Positions 35,083 to 45,744 are shown, counted from the stretch's first letter. The stretch is DNA of 64,000 bases from Escherichia coli (GCF_044647545.1 NZ_CP172818.1); one strand, 5' to 3'. Translations and numbers: made by a program. The notes: generated by a model not told the origin, from the letters alone.

Positions 35083-35689
35083 TTAGGTAACATTTAGTTT
35101 GGATAAATGTAAAGGTATTGCTGTTTTATTGTTTGTTTTTGCGAGATGCGCCGCACCATTCCGAAGCAAAATTCTTAAACTGCACCTTTTTGGTGCTACC
35201 GCTGATTTGTGGTGGTGCAACCCGGTTGCGTCGCGGTTGATTTCATTGCTTACACAGTAAATAAAGCAACTTACATGCCAAAAAATACTTAGGGGTGCAT
35301 TAATTACGATTGTAATTTCAGTTTGAAAAAGTCATATTTCGGACAGTGTTAACTTTTCGGTGTGGGAATTTTGCCGGGATGATAACTACACACGGGAAAA
35401 TGTTTTTTACTAGTCTTTTCAAGGAAAAATCACTTTATGTCTGCATCTTCGGTTAAGCCGTTAAATGTTCAATTACCCGCAATAACCCTGATCCTTTTTG
35501 CGCTCTGTGTTGGGATATTTTGTTACCTCGCACAATGGATGAGTTACAAAAAAGTCAATAAATCCGCACTCATCCATCTCGGCGCTAACTTTCTCTCTCT
35601 CACGTTGTCGGGTAAACCCTGGCGTTTATTTAGCAGTGTCTTTTTACAGTATTTTTTCTCTTTTATAGATATATATTTTTGCACTCTGG

Positions 35690-36790
35690 TTAGGGGGGAG
35701 GGGGGGAAGGGAAAATGGGGAAAAGGGGATCCCTATTGTTTGCCTTTTTCTCTCGGGTTTGTGTGGTGAGCACATCGTCTTGTGTTATGCGCGAAAAAAA
35801 AGAGAAAAGATAGATAGGTGGGGGGGCCGGGGGAAAAAAGGAAAAAAAGGGGGGGCGGTAAGAAAAAAACACTTCTTTAGGGGGGAGAACACAATAAAAA
35901 ACAGCGGCGAGGTTTTTTCCTTTTTGGTGGGGTGGCGCTAACGTTGTGTTGCGGCCCGGGAAAAAGAGAAAAAAAAAGCCTCTTCAATGGCGGGGCCGTG
36001 GGTGGGGGGGGGGGTTGGGTGGGGGGGGGCCCGGTTAGGTGGGACAAAACCGTTTCGTAAGGAAGGGCGAGTTTTTTGTGGCTCTTCTTTTCTCCGGCGG
36101 GGTATTTCGGGTGTGCAGCAGCAGAATGATGAAAAATTTTTTTAAAATAGGGGAAAACCGCGTGAAAAGTTTTTTTCCCAGGAGAATAAACAAAAGGAGC
36201 GAAAAAAAAAACAACAATTTAGGGGGGAGGGCAAAGCCCCCACCGAAACATTATCCGCTCCGGTAAGTCGTGAGGAGGCCAGTGGTGATTTACTCGCTGA
36301 GATTGCCGATAACCATGATATGGCGATCAATCGGGATGGTAATACGTTATATGCCGCAAATGAAAACACGAACAGTATTTTTTTTTTCGACCTCGGACAA
36401 AAGAAAATCTCCCATACTTTTATACCGCCCATAGCAAAAAAAAAAAAACACAAAAATTGTGGGGTCTGTAAAAATAAGGGGGTAAGATGGCGGTGGTTAA
36501 GCCCGAAAAAAAGGTTTTTTTATCCACTTTTATTTAAAATGAATGCGTGATCGTTAATAAAGGGGCGGAGGGGGGGGATAATTCAGTCAATAACCACCTG
36601 CACACATCCTGACAGTTTTATCCTCTCGTGGAATGAAAAAAAAGCTGGGTGAATAATGCAACCAATAAAATGTATTTATTCATCTATTGATTTATTAACT
36701 TATAAGGAAGGAGATGCCGCCCGAAAAAAAAAAAACGGGGGGGGGAGGAGGGGAAAAAGACGCCCGTGTGATATTACTCTCCGCGGTAAA
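35690..36790. other. Low-complexity purine-rich block with long poly-G and poly-A runs; no coherent coding frame; probable artefact or degraded DNA
   Basis: Runs such as gggggggaggggggg, gtggggggggggggttgggtggggggggg, aaaaaaaaaaaac and gggggggggagg; every overlapping ORF translates to low-complexity G/K/F/P-rich peptides. Confidence 0.8.
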
Positions 36791-37423
36791 AAAACATTGT
36801 TGATACCGCTTGGATTGAGAGAAAGCATATTCGAATCAATAACATCACGAATCATAAAGTAGAATTTCCCACATGTGATGGGTGTGGTGTCGTTGTTGTG
36901 ATGGGAGTATGATAACGAAAAAATAATAGTATTTTTATCGATAATATCGAGGGTATACGAGTAAAAGTTTAAGGATAGAAAAAAAAGAAGCAAAGATCAA
37001 AAGGGAGTGGTGAAACCGTTATCTCTATTAGGTTGAGAGGCAGGAGTGTAAATAGTTGTGTTTTGGTCTGGATGGCAAAGGGATTGTAACCTTTTTTAAT
37101 ATAAAGCCGGGGAAAAGATTGGCGGTTTTTCTCCCCATAACTTTTATTCTTCTCTGTTTTTCAGCGGATGGTAGAAAGATATTTGTTATGGCGAAGAACG
37201 GGTTAATCCAAATGGACAGGACGCGCTCGCTTGATCCGCAGGCAATTATTCGGCATCCCCAATATGGTGATGTGGCTTGTATCCCTGAACCGTAAGAAAA
37301 AGGGGCATGATAATCACGCCCGAAGTAATGAGAAAGTACGTTTTGTTGATACCGGATGCGGTGTTAACGGTTTATTTAGCCTGCAAAAATGATGCAATTT
37401 TGCAGGCCAGCGCATCATTTACA

Positions 37424-38965
37424 TCAACGTTTACGTCGCTGACGCAGACTCATCAACACAGCGGCAAAACCAAACAGCGCCGTAAGCACCCACAGCGGCC
37501 AGTTGCCGGTACGTGCGTACGGTGTGAGTCCGGTAGTCGGCGTCACGTTAGTGGTCAACACTTCGCGGGTGAACTGCGGGATCATTGCCTGAATCTCACC
37601 CTGCGGGCCAATCACCGCCGTAATACCGTTGTTGGTGCTACGCAGCAATGGGCGCGCCAGCTCCAACGCACGCATTCGCGCCATCTGGAAGTGCTGCCAT
37701 GGACCAATAGACTTACCAAACCACGCATCGTTGGAGATAGTCAGCAGATAGTCGGTATCCGGGCGGAAGTTATCGCGCACTTGCTCGCCGAGAATGATCT
37801 CGTAGCAAATAGCCGCAGTAAGCTCAATACCATTTACCGACAGCGGCGGCTGGATATATGGCCCACGGCTGAACGACGACATCGGCAGATCAAAGAACGG
37901 TGCTAACGGACGCAGAATCGACTCCAGCGGGACAAACTCGCCAAACGGCACCAGATGGTTTTTGTTATAGCGATCGGCTGATTCATAGCTGTACGGTGCG
38001 CCTTTACCCAGTGTGATGATGGTGTTGTAGGTATCGTAGCGGTTCTGCTTATTGAGACGCGCGTCGACAATCCCGGTGACCAGCGAGCTACCTTTATCGC
38101 GCAACTCACCGTCCAGAGCTTTGAGGAACGGTTGCTGATTAATTTCCAGATCGGTTATCGCCGACTCCGGCCAGATAATCAACGATGATTTGCCCATCAG
38201 CGGTGCCGTTGCGTTGTAGTAAATCTTCAGCGTATTAAGAAGCTGGCCTTCGTCCCATTTCAGCGATTGCGGAATATCGCCCTGAACCATCGAAACCTGA
38301 ATGGTTTTCTCCGGTTGCGGGGTAAACCACTGGATGTAACGCAGCGGGAAGGGTAGGGCAAACAGCACGACGGCCACCACCAGCGGACGCCAGTTGCGTT
38401 TGACTAACGCCAGTGCCAGCAGGCCGCTAACCATCATAAGCAGGAAGTTAATGGCTTCCACGCCCATTAGCGGTGCCAGCCCTTTTAACGGGCCATCAAT
38501 CTGGCTATAGCCGAACTGTAACCACGGGAAGCCAGTCAGCACCCAACCGCGCAGAAACTCGGTCACTTGCCAGAGAGCAGGAGCGGCAATCGCCACGCGC
38601 AGCCAGGTGGTTTTCGGCCACAGACGCGACAGCACGCCAGCAAACAGTCCGGTATACAGCGACAAATACGCCGCCAGCAGTACCACCAGGAAGATGTTAA
38701 CCGGGCCAGGCATTCCGCCAAAGGTCGCGATGCTGACATAGACCCAGTTAATACCGCTGCCAAAGAGACCAAATCCCCAGCAAAAGCCAATAGCGGCAGA
38801 CTGGAGTGGACGGCGGTTAAAGGTCAGCGCCTGAAGCCCCATCAGCGAAATAATCGCCGCAGGCCAGACATCGTAAGGAGAGAAGGCCAGCGTTCCGCAG
38901 GCACCGAATAATAACGCCAGCAGCAGGCGAATGCGCTGGCGTTCAATTAATGAGGCAAAAGCCAT
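37424..38965 (-). CDS. lnt: Apolipoprotein N-acyltransferase Lnt (CutE), about 512 aa
   Basis: N-terminal multi-TM region and C-terminal nitrilase-like domain; recognised as Lnt. Confidence 0.9.
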   Translation of the reverse strand: MAFASLIERQRIRLLLALLFGACGTLAFSPYDVWPAAIISLMGLQALTFNRRPLQSAAIGFCWGFGLFGSGINWVYVSIATFGGMPGPVNIFLVVLLAAYLSLYTGLFAGVLSRLWPKTTWLRVAIAAPALWQVTEFLRGWVLTGFPWLQFGYSQIDGPLKGLAPLMGVEAINFLLMMVSGLLALALVKRNWRPLVVAVVLFALPFPLRYIQWFTPQPEKTIQVSMVQGDIPQSLKWDEGQLLNTLKIYYNATAPLMGKSSLIIWPESAITDLEINQQPFLKALDGELRDKGSSLVTGIVDARLNKQNRYDTYNTIITLGKGAPYSYESADRYNKNHLVPFGEFVPLESILRPLAPFFDLPMSSFSRGPYIQPPLSVNGIELTAAICYEIILGEQVRDNFRPDTDYLLTISNDAWFGKSIGPWQHFQMARMRALELARPLLRSTNNGITAVIGPQGEIQAMIPQFTREVLTTNVTPTTGLTPYARTGNWPLWVLTALFGFAAVLMSLRQRRKR

Positions 38966-38989
38966 GTAGTTATCTATCCAGTTTCGGTT

Positions 38990-39868
38990 TTATTCATCCA
39001 GCTTCGGCTGGGGTGAGTCATCCGGGATTTTGACATGAACCTGAATAATACGCCGACTGTCGGCCATCGCCACTTTGAACTGGTAACCGTCGATGTCGAT
39101 GGTTTCGCCACGCGCCGGAAGATGCCCAAATGCCTGCATCACCAGACCACCGATAGTGTCAACCTCTTCATCGCTAAAGTGGGTACCGAACGCTTCGTTG
39201 AAGTCTTCAATGGAAGCCAGTGCGCGCACGGTCCAGGTATGACGACTCAACTGACGGAAGTCGATATCATCTTCTTCGTCATACTCGTCTTCAATCTCAC
39301 CAACAATCAGTTCCAGGATGTCTTCAATGGTCACCAGACCGGAAACCCCACCGAATTCGTCAATGACGATCGCCATGTGGTAACGCTGAGAGCGAAACTC
39401 TTTCAGCATCCGGTCTACGCGCTTACTTTCAGGAACGACAACCGCCTGACGTAACACTTTGTCCATGCTGAAGGCTTCAGCATCGCTGCGCATAAACGGC
39501 AGCAAGTCTTTCGCCATCAGAATCCCTTCAATGTGATCTTTGTCTTCGCTAATCACCGGGAAACGTGAGTGGGCGGACTCGATGATGACATCAAGGCATT
39601 CGTCCAGTGTCTGGTTGCGTTTCAGGGTAATCATCTGGGAGCGGGGGATCATGATGTCGCGGACGCGTTGGTCTGCGATGTCCATCACCCCTTCGAGCAT
39701 ATCGCGCGTATCTTCGTCGATAAGGTCGTTCTGCCCGGAATCACGGATCAGCGCCAGCAGTTCGTCACGGTTTTTCGGTTCACCGTGGAAAAGTTGGCTG
39801 AGTAACAGGGAGAAAAATCCCTTCTTGTTGCTTATCGTGTCACTACTGTGTGAATTGTCGTCGCTCAT
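38990..39868 (-). CDS. corC: Mg/Co efflux-associated CBS-domain protein CorC (YbeX), 292 aa
   Basis: CBS pair plus CorC/HlyC C-terminal domain; recognised as YbeX. Confidence 0.9.
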   Translation of the reverse strand: MSDDNSHSSDTISNKKGFFSLLLSQLFHGEPKNRDELLALIRDSGQNDLIDEDTRDMLEGVMDIADQRVRDIMIPRSQMITLKRNQTLDECLDVIIESAHSRFPVISEDKDHIEGILMAKDLLPFMRSDAEAFSMDKVLRQAVVVPESKRVDRMLKEFRSQRYHMAIVIDEFGGVSGLVTIEDILELIVGEIEDEYDEEDDIDFRQLSRHTWTVRALASIEDFNEAFGTHFSDEEVDTIGGLVMQAFGHLPARGETIDIDGYQFKVAMADSRRIIQVHVKIPDDSPQPKLDE

Positions 39869-39957
39869 GGCGTCGTATGGGTTCTCATGTTAGTTAATCA
39901 AAACGCCGTCGTTAATCACCAACGGCGGGGACGTCTGCCAGTCAAATGCCTGGCAAA

Positions 39958-40425
39958 TTATTCTTTCTCGGCAATGTACGGATCCTCATAGCCCAGAGCA
40001 AGCATAATCTCTGTTTCGAGGGCTTCCATTTCTTCTGCTTCGTCATCTTCGATGTGATCGTAACCTAACAAATGCAGACTGCCGTGCACCACCATATGCG
40101 CCCAGTGCGCCTCCAGTGGTTTGCCTTGCTCCTGAGCTTCCTTCTCAACCACCTGACGGCAGATAACCAGATCGCCCAGTAGCGACATTTCCATGCCAGG
40201 CGGCACTTCAAACGGGAAGGAGAGCACGTTGGTCGGCTTATCCTTACCGCGATAGGTCAGATTCAGACTGTGGCTTTCGGCGGTATCGACCACGCGAATA
40301 GTCACTTCCGACTCTTCCTGAAACTGCGGGATCACCGCATTCAGCCATGTCTGAAACTGGCTCTCTTCCGGTAACCCGGAATTATCTTCACATGCCAGTT
40401 GTAAATCGAGGATCACCTGACTCAT
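39958..40425 (-). CDS. ybeY: Endoribonuclease YbeY, 155 aa
   Basis: HxxxH...H zinc motif ([11 protein letters not shown]). Confidence 0.9.
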
Positions 40426-41501
40426 TTTTGTTCCTGTTCTTCGCGCTTGCGTTCTGCTGCCAGCGCCGCTTTACGTTTTTGTTCGGCTTCTTCCCAGGCT
40501 TCATAAGCGTTAACGATACGCGCCACCACCGGGTGACGAACCACGTCTTCGCTGTGGAAGAAGTTAAAGCTGATCTCTTCAACATCGGCCAGCACTTCGA
40601 TGGCGTGACGCAAGCCTGACTTGGTATTACGCGGCAGGTCGATCTGTGTGACGTCGCCGGTGATAACCGCTTTTGAGTTAAAACCGATACGGGTCAGGAA
40701 CATCTTCATCTGTTCGATGGTGGTGTTCTGGCTCTCATCGAGAATGATAAACGCGTCGTTCAGCGTACGACCACGCATATAGGCCAGCGGCGCGACTTCA
40801 ATAACGTTGCGCTCAATCAGTTTCTCGACTTTCTCAAAGCCCAGCATTTCAAACAGCGCGTCGTACAGTGGGCGCAAATACGGGTCTACTTTCTGGCTTA
40901 AATCGCCAGGCAGGAAGCCCAGTTTCTCACCGGCTTCTACCGCCGGACGAGTCAGCAGAATACGGCGAATTTCCTGACGCTCCAGGGCATCAACTGCCGC
41001 AGCCACTGCCAGGTAGGTTTTACCCGTACCCGCCGGGCCAACGCCGAAGGTGATGTCATGGTCGAGAATATTGGCGATGTACTGCGCCTGGTTTGGCGTG
41101 CGCGGCTTGATTACGCCGCGTTTGGTTTTGATATTGACCGCTTTGCCGTACTCCGGCACGCTCTCCGCGCTTTGCTCCAGTACCCGCGCTTCTTTAATCG
41201 CAAGGTGGATCTGTTCCGGTTCGATATCCTGAATCTGACCACGCATCGGGGCAGTATCGACATACAGGCTACGCAGAATGTCTGCCGCAGCGGTGACGCA
41301 AATCGGACGGCCGGTCAGTTTAAAGTGGTTATCGCGGCGATTGATCTCGATGCCGAGACGGCGTTCGAGCTGCTTGATGTTGTCATCAAACGGGCCGCAC
41401 AGGCTCAACAGACGCGCATTGTCTGCTGGCTCCAGGGTGATTTCGCGAGTGTCTATGTTCAAACCGTTCCTCTTATCTGTATGCCGCCGGAAGCTGAACA
41501 T
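40422..41501 (-). CDS. ybeZ: PhoH-like ATPase YbeZ, up to 359 aa (annotated start may be shorter)
   Basis: Walker A (GPAGTGKT); stop overlaps the ybeY start by 4 nt. Confidence 0.85.
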
Positions 41502-41614
41502 TCACCGGCCTATAAGGAAATTATTCACGCCACAGGAAAAAGGCGCAAGCATTGCGATAAAGATGGGGATAAAGAGAGAAAAAACAAGGCCCACCGGAAC
41601 GGCGGGCCTGAGAA

Positions 41615-43039
41615 TTACGGCTGATAATAACCCACGCCAAGGTCGTTTTCTTTGCGGGTACGGGCAATCACCGATTCCGGCGTTTCTGCCACGCGCAGAC
41701 CCATTTCATCTTCAGTACGCACCACTTTACCGCGCAGAGAGTTCGGGTAGACGTCGGTAATTTCTACATCGACGAATTTACCGATCATATCTGGCGTGCC
41801 TTCAAAGTTGACCACGCGGTTATTTTCAGTGCGACCGGAAAGCTCCATGATGCTCTTACGCGATGTACCTTCTACCAGAATACGCTGGGTGGTGCCGAGC
41901 ATCCGGCGGCTCCATGCCATTGCTTGCTGATTAATACGTTCTTGCAGAATATACAGACGCTGCTTCTTCTCTTCTTCCGGAACATCATCAACCATATCGG
42001 CGGCTGGTGTACCTGGACGTGCAGAGAAGATAAAGCTGTAGCTCATGTCGAAATTGACGTCGGCAATCAGCTTCATCGTTTTCTCGAAGTCTTCGGTGGT
42101 TTCGCCAGGGAAGCCAACGATGAAGTCAGAACTGATCTGAATATCCGGACGCGCCGCACGCAGTTTACGGATGATCGCTTTGTACTCCAGCGCTGTATGG
42201 GTACGTCCCATCAGGTTCAGAATGCGATCGGAACCGCTCTGTACCGGCAGATGCAGGAAGCTCACCAGCTCCGGCGTGTCGCGATACACTTCGATGATAT
42301 CGTCGGTGAATTCGATCGGATGGCTGGTGGTAAAGCGAATACGATCGATCCCGTCGATCGCCGCAACCAGACGCAGCAGATCGGCAAACGATCCGGTGGT
42401 GCCGTCGTAGTTTTCACCACGCCAGGCGTTCACGTTCTGACCGAGCAGGTTGACTTCACGCACGCCCTGAGCCGCAAGCTGGGCAATTTCAAACAGAATA
42501 TCGTCGGACGGACGGCTTACCTCTTCACCACGGGTGTAAGGCACCACGCAGTAGGTGCAATATTTATTGCAGCCTTCCATGATGGAGACAAACGCGGTCG
42601 GCCCTTCGGCGCGCGGTTCTGGCAGACGGTCAAACTTCTCGATTTCCGGGAAGCTGATATCTACAACCGGGCTGCGGTCGCCGCGCACGGAGTTGATCAT
42701 CTCCGGCAGACGGTGCAGCGTTTGCGGCCCAAAAATAATATCGACATAGTGGGCGCGCTGGCGAATGTGCTCGCCTTCTTGCGATGCCACGCAGCCGCCG
42801 ACGCCGATTATCAGGTCTGGATTCTTCTCTTTTAACAGTTTCCAGCGACCCAACTGATGGAAGACTTTTTCCTGAGCCTTCTCGCGGATTGAGCAGGTGT
42901 TCAGCAGCAGCACATCCGCTTCTTCCGCCACGTCGGTCAGTTGATAGCCGTGGGTGGCATCCAGCAGATCGGCCATCTTCGATGAATCGTACTCGTTCAT
43001 CTGACAGCCCCAGGTTTTAATATGGAGTTTTTTGGTCAT
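41615..43039 (-). CDS. miaB: tRNA-2-methylthio-N6-isopentenyladenosine synthase MiaB, 474 aa
   Basis: Radical-SAM CxxxCxxC (CNKYCTYC), N-terminal MTTase cysteines, TRAM C-terminus. Confidence 0.95.
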
Positions 43040-43184
43040 CGACTTGCTCTTGCGAAATAGTAGCCAGGAATGCAGGGCGCATAGTGTAATGCTTTGCTGC
43101 CGTTGTGACCAGTATGAGCGTTATCAGCCCTTGGGGGTAAAAATCCTGTAAACTTAAAGCATATTGCTAACAGGATGATTGACC

Positions 43185-44360
43185 ATGACAAATCAACCAA
43201 CGGAAATTGCCATTGTCGGCGGAGGAATGGTCGGCGGCGCACTGGCGCTGGGGCTGGCACAGCACGGATTTGCGGTAACGGTGATCGAGCACGCAGAACC
43301 TGCACCGTTTGTCGCTGACAGCCAGCCTGACGTGCGGATCTCGGCGATTAGTGCGGCTTCGGTATCATTGCTTAAAGGTTTAGGCATCTGGGACGCGGTA
43401 CAGGCTATGCGTTGCCATCCTTACCGCAGACTGGAAACGTGGGAGTGGGAAACGGCGCATGTGGTGTTTGACGCCGCTGAACTTAAGCTACCGTTGCTTG
43501 GCTACATGGTGGAAAACACTGTCCTGCAACAGGCGCTGTGGCAGGCGCTGGAAGCGCATCCGAAAGTAACGTTACGTGTGCCAGGCTCGCTGATTGCATT
43601 ACATCGAGATAATGATCTTCAGGAGCTGGAGCTGAAAGGCGGTGAAGTGATCCAGGCGAAGCTGGTGATTGGCGCTGACGGTGCAAATTCGCAGGTGCGG
43701 CAAATGGCGGGAATTGGCGTTCATGCCTGGCAGTATGCGCAGTCGTGTATGTTGATTAGCGTACAGTGCGAGAATGATCCCGGCGACAGCACCTGGCAGC
43801 AGTTTACTCCGGACGGGCCGCGTGCGTTTTTGCCGCTGTTTGATAACTGGGCGTCGCTGGTGTGGTATGACTCTCCGGCGCGTATTCGCCAGTTGCAGAA
43901 TATGAATATGGCGCAGCTCCAGGCGGAAATCGCGAAGCATTTCCCGTCGCGTCTGGGTTACGTGACACCGCTTGCCGCTGGTGCGTTTCCGCTGACACGT
44001 CGCCATGCGTTGCAGTATGTGCAACCAGGGCTTACGCTGGTGGGCGATGCCGCGCACACCATTCATCCGTTGGCGGGGCAGGGGGTTAACCTCGGTTATC
44101 GCGATGTTGATGCGCTGATTGACGTTCTGGTGAATGCCCGCAGCTACGGTGAAGCGTGGGCCAGTTATCCTGTCCTCAAGCGTTACCAGATGCGGCGTAT
44201 GGCGGATAACTTCATTATGCAAAGCGGTATGGATTTGTTTTATGCCGGATTCAGCAATAATCTGCCACCACTGCGTTTTATGCGTAATCTCGGATTAATG
44301 GCGGCGGAGCGTGCTGGCGTGTTGAAACGTCAGGCGCTGAAATATGCGTTAGGGTTGTAG
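43185..44360 (+). CDS. ubiF: 2-octaprenyl-3-methyl-6-methoxy-1,4-benzoquinol hydroxylase UbiF, about 391 aa
   Basis: FAD-binding GxGxxG (IVGGGMVGG); start set two codons into the ORF. Confidence 0.9.
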   Translation: MTNQPTEIAIVGGGMVGGALALGLAQHGFAVTVIEHAEPAPFVADSQPDVRISAISAASVSLLKGLGIWDAVQAMRCHPYRRLETWEWETAHVVFDAAELKLPLLGYMVENTVLQQALWQALEAHPKVTLRVPGSLIALHRDNDLQELELKGGEVIQAKLVIGADGANSQVRQMAGIGVHAWQYAQSCMLISVQCENDPGDSTWQQFTPDGPRAFLPLFDNWASLVWYDSPARIRQLQNMNMAQLQAEIAKHFPSRLGYVTPLAAGAFPLTRRHALQYVQPGLTLVGDAAHTIHPLAGQGVNLGYRDVDALIDVLVNARSYGEAWASYPVLKRYQMRRMADNFIMQSGMDLFYAGFSNNLPPLRFMRNLGLMAAERAGVLKRQALKYALGL

Positions 44361-44364
44361 CCTT

Positions 44365-44460
44365 ACAACATTGCCGGATGCATGCCAACCGTAGGTCGGA
44401 TAAGACGCGTCAGCGTCGCATCCGACTTTGAAGGATAAGACGTGTCAACATCGCATTCGA
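44365..44460. repeat. Cluster of REP-like palindromic units downstream of ubiF
   Basis: gccggatgcatgcc...taggtcggataagacgcgtcagcgtcgcatccgac...ggataagacgtgtcaacatcgcattcgac. Confidence 0.6.
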
Positions 44461-44479
44461 CATTGAATATACGCAGAAA

Positions 44480-44510
44480 AGCAAAAAGCTCGCCGAAGCG
44501 AGCTTTTTTA
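44480..44510 (-). terminator. Intrinsic terminator of the metT tRNA operon
   Basis: agctcgc-ttcg-gcgagct hairpin followed by a T-run on the minus strand, just distal to the last tRNA. Confidence 0.7.
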
Positions 44511-44513
44511 ATG

Positions 44514-44588
44514 TGGCTGGGGTACGAGGATTCGAACCTCGGAATGCCGGAATCAGAATCCGGTGCCTTACCGCTTGGCGATACCCCA
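44514..44588 (-). tRNA. glnX: tRNA-Gln (anticodon CUG)
   Basis: Reverse complement is a 75-nt tRNA-Gln (UGGGGUAUCGCC...GGAUUCUGAUUCC...CCAGCCA). Confidence 0.9.
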
Positions 44589-44625
44589 ACTGGGTGCACT
44601 TACAAGGTAAGCGTCTTGAATAAAT

Positions 44626-44700
44626 TGGCTGGGGTACGAGGATTCGAACCTCGGAATGCCGGAATCAGAATCCGGTGCCTTACCGCTTGGCGATACCCCA
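44626..44700 (-). tRNA. glnV: tRNA-Gln (anticodon CUG)
   Basis: Identical copy of the preceding tRNA-Gln(CUG). Confidence 0.9.
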
Positions 44701-44748
44701 ACAAATTGGTTTTTGAATTTGCCGAACTTATTCGACACATTCAGAATT

Positions 44749-44825
44749 TGGTGGCTACGACGGGATTCGAACCTGTGACCCCATCATTATGAGTGATGTG
44801 CTCTAACCAACTGAGCTACGTAGCC
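44749..44825 (-). tRNA. metU: tRNA-Met elongator (anticodon CAU)
   Basis: Reverse complement is a 77-nt elongator tRNA-Met (GGCUACGUAGCUCAGUUGG...CUCAUAA...CCA). Confidence 0.9.
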
Positions 44826-44840
44826 AGATTGTTTCTTCGA

Positions 44841-44915
44841 TGGCTGGGGTACCTGGATTCGAACCAGGGAATGCCGGTATCAAAAACCGGTGCCTTACCG
44901 CTTGGCGATACCCCA
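44841..44915 (-). tRNA. glnW: tRNA-Gln (anticodon UUG)
   Basis: tRNA-Gln variant with anticodon loop GGUUUUUGAUACC and acceptor/T-arm differences from the CUG copies. Confidence 0.9.
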
Positions 44916-44949
44916 ATAACCGGGCGGTGAACCGCTTACTCGAAGAAGA

Positions 44950-45024
44950 TGGCTGGGGTACCTGGATTCGAACCAGGGAATGCCGGTATCAAAAACCGGT
45001 GCCTTACCGCTTGGCGATACCCCA
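44950..45024 (-). tRNA. glnU: tRNA-Gln (anticodon UUG)
   Basis: Identical copy of the preceding tRNA-Gln(UUG). Confidence 0.9.
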
Positions 45025-45047
45025 TCCGTACAACGCTTTCTGGTGAA

Positions 45048-45132
45048 TGGTGCGGGAGGCGAGACTTGAACTCGCACACCTTGCGGCGCCAGAACCTAAA
45101 TCTGGTGCGTCTACCAATTTCGCCACTCCCGC
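45048..45132 (-). tRNA. leuW: tRNA-Leu (long variable arm; leuW-type)
   Basis: 85-nt class II tRNA (GCGGGAGUGGCGAAAUUGGUAGACGCACCAGAUUUAGGUUCUGGCGCCGCAAGGUGUGCGAGUUCAAGUCUCGCCUCCCGCACCA). Confidence 0.9.
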
Positions 45133-45140
45133 AAAAAAGA

Positions 45141-45217
45141 TGGTGGCTACGACGGGATTCGAACCTGTGACCCCATCATTATGAGTGATGTGCTCTAACC
45201 AACTGAGCTACGTAGCC
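45141..45217 (-). tRNA. metT: tRNA-Met elongator (anticodon CAU)
   Basis: Identical to the metU copy; first gene of the operon. Confidence 0.9.
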
Positions 45218-45244
45218 ATCTTTTTTTTCGCGATACCTTATCGG

Positions 45245-45295
45245 CGTTGCGGGGCGCATTATGCGTATAGAGCCTTGCAGCGTCAACCTCTTTTT
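45245..45295 (-). promoter_or_regulatory. Putative sigma70 promoter of the metT tRNA operon with GC-rich discriminator
   Basis: On the minus strand: TTGACG ... CATAAT-like -10 ... GCGCCCCGC discriminator about 25-70 nt upstream of metT. Confidence 0.5.
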
Positions 45296-45586
45296 CAAGG
45301 AAAATTGCTCGAAAGTGACTGTTTGGTTAGGTTGCGAACAGCGTGGCGCTATATTCGTCAATTATTGTTTACTTTGTGTTTTTTCCCCACCCTACAGCCA
45401 TTCTTTTGTCATACAGGATGAAATTCGGAATTCAACAATAGTGGTGGGAAATTAATCTATGAAATACTCCCTTCAACAACACAGGATTACCTCATTTCTA
45501 CCACACATTTATTAGGAATACTATCTTTTATACATTATTACTTAAACCTCCAACCAAACCGAAAAAAATATTTTTTAAAATTAAAA

Positions 45587-45645
<59 letters not shown>

Positions 45646-45744
45646 GAAGCGTGGCCTACAGTGATGAATTGTCAAACAGTGATGTGGCAAACCCGGAACA
45701 TTTCCTTACTGCATATCAGAATCAACAAGCACCTCAATAACTGA

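Noticed and set aside
35437-37295. ORFs called within the low-complexity block (35759..35941, 36039..36266, 36142..36453, 36320..36550, 36656..36862, 36700..36993, 37056..37295; also 34841..35086 with a poly-Lys tail)
   Set aside because: Their translations are dominated by homopolymer-derived poly-G/K/F/P runs; they exist only because homopolymers lack stop codons. Only the first ~70 codons of 35437..35769 and a short segment near 36320 look protein-like, and those are reported as findings, not genes.
44365-44460. Possible CRISPR array suggested by repeated palindromic units here and at 28870-28928, 54025-54058, 55893-55925, 63236-63345
   Set aside because: These are single or few REP-type palindromes (gccggatg...cgcatccggc) scattered in intergenic regions, without regularly spaced direct repeats, unique spacers or cas genes.
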